A program made the position numbers and the translations under genes. The notes beneath the pieces were generated by a model, which did not search any database, was not told the DNA's origin, and saw only the letters and a list, made by a program, of their open reading frames with translations. A DNA stretch of 63,997 nucleotides, the filler included, from Reclinomonas americana ATCC 50394 (Eukaryota): assembly GCA_048213135.1 (NCBI GenBank). It is 12 parts of 12 records of this genome, joined end to end, with 100 filler letters (N's around TTAATTAATTAA, not from the genome) between each part and the next. Parts side by side here need not be neighbours in the genome. Positions count along the whole stretch, not along the records: positions 1 to 15,780 come from AFZH01018099.1; 11 more parts are not named here. One strand, given 5' to 3'. Each line of letters begins with the position of its first letter. Position 1 is the stretch's first letter. Positions 1-11,084 of this stretch are shown here, piece by piece.

Positions 1-138
1 GCGCACGCACGTAAACGACAAACAAAGAGAGATGTACACAACAACACAGTGACAAACACACACACGCGCGTGTGTATGTGTGTTTGCGTGCGCGATGTTC
101 TCGACATGTGCAACTCCACACACACACTCGAACGCAAC

Positions 139-722
139 TGGTTCATCAACGAGGTCTTGCCGACACTACACGCGGAAGCCACCAACGTAGACGAGGAGGA
201 GGAGCGCGCACAAACAAACACACACACACAATGCGTTGTTGTGAGAACCGACATGACGCGATGTACACACACCCACACTCCGCCGTCCACTTGCCCGCAC
301 TCACCCCGAGTCACTGCGCACATGGACAAGCACGCACACACACACCGGAAAGTGAGAAGACGAAAAAAACATCACGCGCGCACGAAAAGTGAGTCGGGGC
401 TCAAGCGAGATGTTCTACACTTCTGCACACACACACTCTCACACACAAAAGCCACTCACCCCAGAATGATGATCTTCAGCAGCACTGCGCTCATGCAAAC
501 ACAAAAGGTAAGTTTGAAAAGTTATTATCAGCAGGGGTCAGTGCCAAACACGAGGCAAGAATAGCAAGAACCGAGCAAAGAAATAGCAAAGAGTGCAACA
601 AAAAAAGTGTCAGCAAAGAAAACAAGGAAAAACACTCGAGCGCAGACGAAACACATGTGCAGAGAGCGAGAGAGTGCGAGAGTTGGAGCAGCAAAGAACA
701 AACCCTTTTGTCGCGACGCCAT
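139..722 (-). CDS. RAB7: Rab7 small GTPase, 5' part (continues off window)
   Basis: Exons 704-722, 460-484, 305-313 and 139-165 splice to [27 protein letters not shown], the Rab7 N-terminus and P-loop. Confidence 0.9.
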
Positions 723-795
723 TTCTCCTCAGTTTTTTGTAATGCGTGTGAGTGATGCATGACAAACGAGGACAATGACGTCACTTTTATTTCAC

Positions 796-2933
796 ATGGA
801 CGACGAGGCAACGCGACCGCCACTGCCTCCGCGCTTTCGGCAATGGCAGGTGCTTGTCGTGGTCTTGCTGTACATTGGATACGCAACGTTGCGTTTCTCT
901 TTTGTGTGTGTGTGTGTGTGTGCTCTTGCATCAAAGTGACTCACAGAGAATGCAGAATGAGTTTCGCGCGCGGATCGGTGTTTGTGCTGCTGCCGACCAT
1001 GTACGATGATCCATCGATTCAAGTGCGTTGTGGATTGCGGGAGAAGATGCAGTGTGGGTGCTGATAAGTAGTTGTGCATCTGCAGCCATTTGGGTTGACG
1101 GAGGCTGGTCGGATGCTTGCTGCCGGCAATGCGGGTGTGCTCACGGGCAAGATCCTACTCGGCTTTGTCTCTGATTGCACCGGTGGCAAGGTCTGTGTGA
1201 GTGCATCTGTGCGCGCGGGATTGCTCTCATGATGAGATGTGCCAGTTTGCCACCATGACGAGTGTCGTCGGGCCGTGTCTGGCCATTCTGCTGTTTGGCT
1301 TGTCGCCGTCGCTGCCGCTGTTTGTGATCGCATGGCTGGCGTTCCGCATGTGCTCGGCGGCTGGGTGGCCGGGCCTGGCCAAGCACACACAGGCGTGGAT
1401 CTTTCCCTCGAGCTACGGCAAGGTGTGGGGACTCTATTCGACGTCGTCGCGGCTGGGCGCGGTGCTGTCGGGTGTTGGCGTTGGCGCGCTGTTGTATGCG
1501 TTTGGATTGGGGTGGCGGACTGTTGCGTACGTGTTCCTGTGGAGTGGCATGTATGTGCCTGCTCGGCTCACCTTCGAATTTCCACCCCCCCCTTTGCAGT
1601 TGTGCTTTCTCGCCTCGGCGATGCTGGCAGTGGTCTCTGTCGTCTTGTTCCTTTTTCTGCGAGACAGGCCGGAGAAGGCCGGCTTTGTTCCGTCGCCTGT
1701 GGCAGAGGCACGGCTCGCAGAGGAGGCACGGCTTGGTGCTGGTGGTGGTGGTGGTGGTGGTGGCGGCACCGATCAGCAGGAAGTGGAGATGCAGACGGTC
1801 GGTGTGCTGGCCAGAGACGAACTGCAGCAGGCTGACGAGAGCAGCGATGTCTCCACGACGCCCACCGGTTCCAAGTCGCCGTCCGACGCACAGCCTCACA
1901 GTCGGTGGGACGCCTTTTGCGAGAGCAAGGTGGTGCGCTTTGCCAAGGAGCCGCGATTCTGGTTGATGGGTACGATCGATCGATCGCGTTAGTGAGTGGG
2001 CGGGTGGATGGATGGATGAGAAGAATGACTGCGTGCGTGCAGGTTTCTTCATGGCGGCCTGCACCATTGTCTTTGAGTTTGAATCGGTGTGTCTGTTTGG
2101 TGATTGGTTGTGTGCATGAATGCGATTGTTGCTTACACCGCAGCGTTGTCGTCGAGAGCAGTACATTGCTTCGTATCTTGTTGGTGCGTTGGTGTGGCCT
2201 GATACTCGTCGCTTGTCGCTGTTTCGCTCACGTGGATGCGCGCAGCCAATTTCGATGTCGACAAGCCAGCCGCGGCCACATATGCCGCCGGTGCGTCGTC
2301 CATGCTGACACCCTTCGTTCTGTGCATCCTCCTCATTGTTACATCGGTGCAGCGTTTCCGGCGGGCGCCGGTGCCTCGGTGCTGCTCATCGGCTTCATCA
2401 TGGATCGTCTGTCGCAGCGCGGCGGCTACATCTTGATCACCATCAACATGGTGTTCAACTGTCTCGTCTCGGCGTGCCTGTGGGCCTTCCCGGTCTCCAC
2501 CGCATTTGTCGTCGTTCTCATCTTCCTGTACGGCTTCTCTGTGGGTGAGTGCGTGAGGGTGGAGTTGTGCTTGCACGCCTCCCCTCCACCAACTCACGAA
2601 TGCCACAGCGGCGCCCTACTACATTGCCATGAGTGTGTACTCGTGCCAAGCGATACCCACTGATGTCGGTGCCTTGGTCGGCTTGCTCGACGCGGTACGT
2701 GGGGTTCCCTAACCGCCCCCCTCTTGTCCCCTTCTTGATCGTATTCATTTCGTTGGCAGTTCGGTTACGGTGCCGCCATGATTTTCGATGTGTTCGGCGG
2801 CGAGCTGGCCGACACGCACGGCTTTGGCGTGCTCTTCCTCGTGTTCCTCACCTCCGGTATCGTGTCGTCGGTGATGCTGGGCTCGTTCTACGTGCTCGAC
2901 TATCGCGCTCGGAATCGTCGCCCTCACAGCTGA
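796..2933 (+). CDS. MFS sugar-phosphate/Pi antiporter, SLC37/GlpT (OPA) family, multi-exon
   Basis: Spliced motifs LYIGYATMSFARGS, GKILLGFVSDCTGGK, GWPGLAKHTQAWIFPSSYGKVWG, GLGWRT, GFIMDRL and VGLLDAFGY; many hydrophobic helices; stop TGA at 2931-2933. Confidence 0.85.
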
Positions 2934-2946
2934 GGCCAACTGCTGC

Positions 2947-5900
2947 TTAGCGGCGCGTCACTGCTGTTGCCGTTGACGCCGCTGCCGTAGCGGTTGCCGC
3001 TGGCGTTGCCGCCGTCGTCGTCGTCGTCGTGGTTGTGGTTGTCGTTATCGCCGTGGCCGACGGACGCCTGCCACCTGCGGCAGTGTCAATAGCGCCACTG
3101 CTGCTGCGACGCGCACTGCGCGAGACGCCCTCGAAGATGAACTTGGCCATCAGCGGCAGATGATCCGAGGCCACACGGCGACTCGGCCACACGACAACCT
3201 CGTCTTTCTCCACCGCACGGAACGTGTCGAGAACGCCGGCCACTCGCAGACCGCAATTACGTGCAAACAGAATGTAGCTGCGCATGCGCGAGTGTGAGAA
3301 ACAGGAGCTCTTCTGGGTGGGAGCAAGGCCGGCACGCTGCCGCAACTCGATGCAGCCGGCAAACGATTCAGCGCGATGCGTCACAGCAAGTTCGTGCCCG
3401 CCCAACATGTGCTTGTATGCGCTCTCGAAATGCAAGTCGTGGCGGCTGCTGATGGCAAGCGGCGAAGTGGAGCCCGGCACTTCTGCGGCCTCACTGAACG
3501 ACACAACCACCACGTCAGCAACACACTTCTACGAGACGAATCATGTTCGGCCACTCACCGAAACACGGGATCGCTGCTTGACAGATGGCCACCCACCAGG
3601 TACCGATAGCCGGGCGAGTCTGGCAGCAGATTGAAATCGCCGGCCAGTATCAACGGCTTGTCGCTCATTTGGCACGCCTCGCGGAACTCTACAATGTGAC
3701 GAACCAAAGCCACCAGCTGCAGGGAGTGGCTTTCAGTTGCCACGGCCGACTCACAGTCAACAGGACGCAGGTGCAGAGCAACTCAACTTGTCGCAACTGA
3801 ATGGCAGGATACCGGCCGCGCTGTCCGCTAGTCAGTTGCGCGCAGCACACCATCACCGCCTGCGCTGACTGAATGTGTCGCAGCACAGCAGTCACCACCA
3901 CGTTGGTGTGCCCGGTGGAGATGTCGCGCGCCACTCGCGGGTCGTCTGTCAGCCCTGCCACACCGTCGGCGAGAGCAAACTCGCGCACATCAACGAGTTT
4001 GAAGACCTGCCTCACGCGACAGGAGTCGTCAGCCACTCAATGAAAATGTGCACTGTAAAGACGACGCAACTTGTGGATTCCACAGGAGCGAGCAGCCGAG
4101 GTTGGGCCGACCCGGCAGAAGCACCTTCCGATTGCGTCCACGTCTGCGCACATACACACCACCGGCAAGCACGCCACCGTCGACGCTGCCACGTGCTAGC
4201 TCCTCCGTCAGCTGCGCAACGTGATTGTCTTCGGCCACGTCGTGGTCCTCGTAGCCTTGCACCTCCTGCAGGCATAGAATGTCGGGGCGGCGGATGGCGA
4301 TCTGGCGACACGACGTGCTCAGCAGAAGGAGTGCAACGAGACAACGAGACGCGTGCTCCTACCTCGGTGATGCTGTTCGTCGAGTGGAACAAAGGAGAAA
4401 TAAATACTGTCAGTAGCAGTGGCGATGACAGCAACGAGAGCAGAGACGGACGGACGCACATGCCAGCACGCCGCACGTTCCAGTCGAGCACTTGTTCCGG
4501 GTTGGGCACGTGTGGATACAACTCCTGCACAGCGTCAGCAAGCCTCACATGTGCGCGCACACGGTGGAGCACAACAGACCTTGATGGCGCGCATGTCGGC
4601 CAAAATGTTCCACGACATGACCGAGAAGTACACTGCATGATGCAAGAGGCCACGGTTATGCAAATGCACTAGCAACAACAGATTCGACACAACCCCACCA
4701 GCATCCTTTGGCACATCCAGTTCATCGATAAACTGCACGAGAGTTGAGAACAGCGTGCGAGTGGGGAGTGCGTCAAGCAGCGCAACTTTTCGCAGTTCCG
4801 GCAGCGCCTTGCGTCGACAGACGCGCATGGCCGACTTGCGCGAGTCCTTGAAAACTTGCAGCACGCGCGAGCGTTGCAGCGCCGTAGACAGCGTGTCGAG
4901 TGGGTCTGTTCCAACTTGTCAGCGCCACTCCAGCACATTGCATTATGTTAAGCACACGCACCTGGATAGTTACTGAGCCACTCTTTCAGTGGATACAGCT
5001 TGAGCAGATCACGCAGCTTGATGCTGCCGTCGCTTTCTCGCAGAATCGACAGCAGTTGCTGTGCGCAGCAGTCAGATGAAAGCCTTATGCATGCATTCAT
5101 CTATCCCCCGCCCCCAACGACGTACCGCATTGGAGAGGAGGAACGACTCGTCGAACCACGACTGGACTTGCGAGCGCAGTCGACGAAGCAGCTCGTCGTG
5201 CGACCACTTGCCAGGATCGTCAATGCCCTCGCCTGCACCGCCGGCGGCACTCGCAAGGCTGCCGGCCTGTGGACTCATGATCTGCAGCACGAAGAGAAGG
5301 TCGTTCAGTCGGTGCACGAGCGAGCATCTAATTTCATCCCACTGTGTCCACTCACAACTCCACTGAACGCCGGACTCATGACGGGCGACATGAGTGGTGA
5401 CATGGATCCGTCGCGCAGCACAATCGCCTTTCCGTTTGGCGTCAGTCGGACACACACCTACGCAAACAGAGGAAGATGAGATTTGGCGAAGCGCGCCGTC
5501 GCACGACAGTCGCGACAGACCGCCGACAAGTCGCCCTTGATCACGGAGCGGATGGTGGAGGCCGTGACGGGAGTCTTTGTCATCGACTTGAAGGGCCACA
5601 TGTGCGGCAACTCCTCCACCGGGATCTCCTTCCCGCTGCTGCATTCGAGCAGTTGCGGATTCACGTGGATCCACTCGGGCGAGAACATGCGATTGAGTGC
5701 ACGGCGCACGAAATCCTGCGTGTTGGTGCGCCCAATGAACACCGCGCCACGTCCACGCTGTCGCACGCTGATGGTGACCAGTGGCGAGGCTGCAATTCAG
5801 CACCACGCACGTGAGACGATGGAGAGCACAGTACGAGTGGCGAAGTGACAGCGGATGGAAGACAGAGAGCAGAATGAGTCATGATCTGTACCTGTGGCCG

Positions 5901-6988
5901 CCGCGCGCACGTGGTCCTCGTGCCGTGCCTCGGGTTCACGTCGCAGCAAGTGACGCACGCGTGAGAGCTGGAGAAAGTCGGCGAGCGGCACCGACTTGTC
6001 GGAAAAGTTGTACTTTTCGCACAGCTCCCGCAGCACCGGAAAGTGCGTCAGACCGCGATCACTGAACCACACTCCCAGCATGAGCTCCAGGTGCTGCAAC
6101 AGCGGGCGCGCCTTCATGTACTGCGGTTGATCAGCACACAGACAGACCCGCGATCCACGTTTATCCTGCGCGCAAGGAGAGTTGTGAGACAAGTCCGCAA
6201 AGCAACACCAAGCACAGACGCAACGGCCTTTTCGAGGGCCTCCGCCACCACCTCCACAGGCGAGCGGCGTGGAAAGTAGCGCTGACACAGCGCCGAGAGT
6301 ACCGGGTGCTCGGAAACAAACAAGCGCAGCTCGACTCGCCCGTCGGGACTGTGCGCCATGGCATCGGCCACTGCCGTGCTGTTGCCGCGTCCATCCTGCA
6401 GATCGGCGAGCACTGGAGAAGGGGGGTGAGACGGCACATGGCGCAGGTGTGGACTGGCGCGCACGGGCGCAACTGTCGTCCAGGCGGGCGGTGATCTGAT
6501 CGGCCACACGACGACCGCGCACACTCGGCGACTGCTTGGTGCCGACCGGCTGCACAAACTCCACCGTGTAGAGCGGGAAGCGCTCCAGTGCCTCGCCAAT
6601 GTCGTACACAGTGACGCCCTGTGCTCACAACGCACATGAGGACGAGGGAGATAGAGGGGCGAGGGGAGGGGAGAACGCAACAGCCGCCAGTCGCGGCAGC
6701 AGCAACTGCACAGCGATATTCTCGCCCTTCTTGTTCACCAGCACTGACAAGTCGGCACCCTTGCCGGTGTCCTCAGGCAGCTGCTCGAAGAGGCGTTCGT
6801 ACACGGCACCCACATCGGCGGCCAGTTGTCGCAGAACAGCGGGCTGACACATGGGAGTGTGAGGGGGAGTGAGGGGAGAGAGAAAGATGGGGCAGTGGTG
6901 TGCGCACCGGTAGTCCAGTGCCACCGTCCAGCATGCTGCGTCGACGAGCGCTGGCGCTGTTGCCACCGCCCCCGCAACAGGCGCCCAT
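2947..6988 (-). CDS. Multi-La-motif + CCR4/Angel/PDE12-type EEP protein, paralog A, starts MGACC
   Basis: EEP motifs SWNILA, PDILCLQEVQ, LAGDFN, CIDYILF (after splicing) and ASDHLPL. La-like units include LRSQVQSWFDESFLLSN...LSTALQRSRVLQV...VCRRKALPE. The start codon at 6988 is inferred. Confidence 0.75.
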
Positions 6989-7106
6989 GGTAGCTAAGCT
7001 AAGCAGCGAGATAGGCCGAGATATCCACGGTCGGTTGATTGGCGATCTGTGGCGAACCCTTGTGTAAACGCGAACGAGGAGAGAGTCGGGAAGCTGCATC
7101 ATCGTG

Positions 7107-7385
7107 ATGGCTTGTCGCGCTGCTGAGCGCGTGTTCAACATCGTCCGCAGCATCCCGCGCACCACTTTGTCGCGAGAAGAGCTTCTCTCTGAGCTGAAGA
7201 CTCAACGCGAAGAGTTGGCGACACTCTGCGCCGAAGAGACTCGACGTGGACTGGCCGACGCGCAGAGCCGCCTGAATGCCATTCGAGAGCGAGAGCGATC
7301 GAAATCTGATGATCATGATCCCGTTGCGGCCTCCGGATCCACGCCCACTCCGTCTCAGACTGGCACCGGTGCCACGTGTGAGTGA
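7107..7385 (+). CDS. Possible small intronless coiled-coil protein
   Basis: Short ORF with helical, charged composition (REELLSELKTQREELATL), divergent from the 6988 start. No family recognised. Confidence 0.3.
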   Translation: MACRAAERVFNIVRSIPRTTLSREELLSELKTQREELATLCAEETRRGLADAQSRLNAIRERERSKSDDHDPVAASGSTPTPSQTGTGATCE

Positions 7386-7937
7386 CGAAAAGGACCCTCT
7401 GGCCCGTGGTTAGCGCCTCGACGTTTGCGCCTTCGACCGCAGGCAGCAGCATCCGCAGTATTTCTGGCAGAGCGCGCGCGGATTTCAGTCCAGGCTGCAG
7501 CGCGAAGTGTTGGTACATTGGTGCATAATGAGCGTGAATCCAGGTGGCTAGAGTTAGTAAACTAAGACGGTCCTCGTGTGAGAACAACCAATGTCGAGAG
7601 CAAAACACGGACAGAAACCAATTTCGATTTCTGCTGGTTTTCACGTGTCCGCAGTTTTCGGTGGCGATGTGCTCGATTTCCCAGCGTCCTTGGTCAGCTA
7701 AACCTGGCCGGTGTGCAGACCTTAAACTTTCCGGTCCATAATTGCACCGAGGACGTGCTCGCTTTTCATCTTCTCGCAGACAGCACTTGCAAAAGCAAAG
7801 GGAATCTACAAACATCGATATCCGTGGTTGAAAAATGGTAATAAAAGACAGCTGTCGCTGAATGAGTGTAACATACAGTTGTTACACTCCACAATTGCTT
7901 CATTCAACATGCACATGCACGCTTCCGTGCACGGCAC

Positions 7938-10929
7938 CTAACGATCAAAATCAATTACTGCATGCATGCATGCGCCGTCAGTATGCCAGCCTCACAGCAG
8001 CAGAATCGACAGCGGCACTCACCAGCAATCGGCCACATGTACTTGTCGGTTTCGTTGACGACAAAGTAGTTTGCCGAGTCGACCCACGTGACGGTACCAC
8101 CTGGCGGCGCATCGGTGAGCCCACTTCGTAGGTAAGTGCACAGAAAGACATCGGACACGCACTCTCCAACAAGCACTCGAACACAATCATGCGGTTCGCC
8201 GCGTCGGCGTATCCGATGCTGACAGAGGCGTTGCGTGCAAAGTAATCACTGATGCACACACACACGTGAGATATACACAGGAATTCAGGAGTACGAAAAG
8301 CAGTGGATAGTAACGCACCCCTGCCCATACGCCATTCGCCTGCGCATCGCCGGATTGAAGCCTTCCTGGAGAATCTTTGGAATCACATCGCCCCTGGTGC
8401 CGTGGAACGCCAACATGGGGATCAGTGGCTCTGCGTGCCGTCGCGTGAGAGATCACAACAAAGCGCAAGGCGCAGCCGGTGGCGACGCACTTCCTTGTCG
8501 GTTACGCCGCATCTCTTCCACCACCTCGCCGTACCGCTTGCGCGTCGAGGTACTCCACACGACCATGGTAATGGCGCGGATGTTCTTCGGTGTGCCGTTG
8601 GCCCAAGAGATGTCGGCGTTCCACTGGTTGCGGACGCTCATCTCGACATCGGGCAGCCTGACATCGGGTCGTTCTGCCGAGCGCCAGCCAGCCGCCTCAA
8701 TCTCCTGCGCAATGGCGTCCAGATCTGCACATTGCGTCAGGATGCAAGCGGGGGATACCGACGACCGAGGTCGACTCACCCATGCGCGTGACTTGCCTCA
8801 CTTCCTCCGTAAAGTCCAGGGTGGCCTGCAGACGCTGTGCGGTGAGAAATACATACACAATGAACGTGCAGACGACAATGTGGTTCACCTCCATGGTGTT
8901 CGGAGCCACCTGTGCCACCGCAGTGCACTTGCCGCAAATGTACTCTGGCAGACCACCAGAGGCACACTTTTGGCGAAACAGGTCAATGCCCTGCTGTCGC
9001 GATTGCTGTCATAAAGAGTGTCAGTGCAGGCCGCGCGTGACTGTGCACGACACACAAATGAGTTGTACGCACAGCACTGAGTCGCACTCGACGCGAGGCG
9101 CGCCCACCCTCCAACTCGAGCACTACACAGAGACAAAACCACACACCGGCGTCAGAGGAGTGGGAGGAGTGGGTGGACCACAGCACGCAACGATAGATAA
9201 AGTTGCTGTCGTGTTCCTCACGGCAGTCCTTGCGGAAGACGATGGACCCGTGCGTCTTGAGCCTGCACAGTTGTTCAGTAAGGAAGCAAGAGAACTGGCA
9301 AACAGAGAGCACGGCAGCAACTCACGTTTCGTAGTCGGCATCGGACTGCAGTGATGAATGCGGAACGCGGAAGTACGGTGGACCAAAGAGCACCGGTTCA
9401 TCGCTGCGCGACTTCTCACGAGCTGGTTTGCGAGCGCGAGCGTCTGACCTGCGCTCGTCGGAGCTGAAGTGGCCAGAAGCTGGTGCTGCTGCTGCCGCAG
9501 ACGGATTGATTTCGGCCGGCTACGTGGGCCTCCTTGTCGAGTGAGCATACTCACACGTCGCCGCGAAAAACACACGCACGCACCTGGTCCAAGATGCTGC
9601 GTCGCTCCGCCGGACCTCCAAAGAGGCCTCCAGAAGCAGCAGCGCCAACGGGTGCTGGGGACCACGCTGCTGCGGCGGCGGCTGTCGGCGGTCGAACCGC
9701 CTGGACGAAGACCATCAGATCAGCACCTAACAGATCGATGCAGTCACTCTTCACTCGCTGGCACACACCTGACGGTCCGCGCGGCCTAGGCTGTCGACTG
9801 GCGCATCAAAGACCCCACCAGCTACAGAGGCAGCCGAGGGGGGGCGAACCGCACCAGGGCCCGCCTGGGAGTGACAGTCAGTGAGCGCCACACAGACTGT
9901 CAATCCTTCAACCATTCACGCAAACCTGAAGGTCCAGGCGGCCTAGTCTCTCGACCGGCGAGGCAAACAAACCACCAGAAGCAGCGCCCACCCCCACTCC
10001 CGGCTGGTGACGATCGACAAGTCAGTGCCGCTGACAAAGTCTTTCCTCTCCTCTCTCTCTCTCTCCCACACGCACCCGATGGCCCACATGGCTCAGACGG
10101 TCGACCGGTGCATCAAAGAGACCGCCTGCCCCTGCTGCTGCCGGTGAATAGTATGCTATCGAAGGCGCCACACCAGCTCCACCCGAGTACTCGTACGCCT
10201 GCGCGGAGGCTGGCGGCATAACCGGGCTGTACATGGACTGTTGCTGCGCCGACTGCTGGTATCTGTTCGCAGGCTCCGGCTCATAGTACACGTGCGGACG
10301 GCGCGCAGCGTATGGCTTGGGCGGAGGAGGGCGAGAATCCGCCAGTGCTTGCACCGTCGTCCACACATCACGTGGTTCGTGCTCCCGATCGCGCGCAGCA
10401 CACACACTGATCACGCTGCTGAGATCCGGGTACCGCTGCGACGCCACTGGCGAGCGACACTCTGGTGTTTCACCGCGCGTGATTAGAAGCACACACGACG
10501 AGCACATTTGCGTGCATGCATGAGTGCGCAACGGACAGCATCCCACGCAGTGCGCGTGCACCGCGTCTGCGACCACCACTTGAAGAACTTGGTGTAGGCC
10601 AACAACAGCACACCCTGCTCCTCTCGGTCGTACTTTGCGCGCTCTTTGCAGGCCTCTCGTAGCACCTTGACAGTCTGCATCTCTTCGTGCCACAGTTGCA
10701 CGTCGTTGGCCGACTGTCGCGAGTGATCGCGCATGTGCGTCTCCACTGTATGCGCATAGTGCATGAGCACACACACGCGCGCGCATGAAAAGAGAGAGAG
10801 AGCGGCAGAGACGCAACAGATATCGCGCACTGACGCGATGACATCACCCCAGGCATCACGCGGAACCAAGGGGATCATCTCCATGGAACCTCTCACATGA
10901 TCGTCCAACCGGCTGTACCCGTCAGCCAT
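7938..10929 (-). CDS. PARP-like (probably mono-) ADP-ribosyltransferase with exon-encoded N-terminal repeats
   Basis: C-terminal exons give LAFHGTRGDVIPKILQEGF, AYGQG, YFARNASVSIGYA, RMIVFECLL and VDSANYFVV. Upstream exons link in frame to an ATG at 10929 (inferred). Confidence 0.65.
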
Positions 10930-11084
10930 TGGCTCGCGAGTGGTGGAGTGTGAGTGAGTGTTACTAGTCCCGTCAACTTGAAATCCGGCCAAACGCGACG
11001 GGATTTGCCTTTCAAGCTCGCTAGCGCTGTGCGTGACTGTCGTTTGATTGTCGGGCATATTACACTATTCATTTCCACCTGCTG

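Noticed and set aside
8250..8322. Possible non-canonical junction in the PARP-like YGQG/DYF motif
   Set aside because: Can be explained by a C|GTTACT donor or one missing G in a homopolymer; not decidable without reads.
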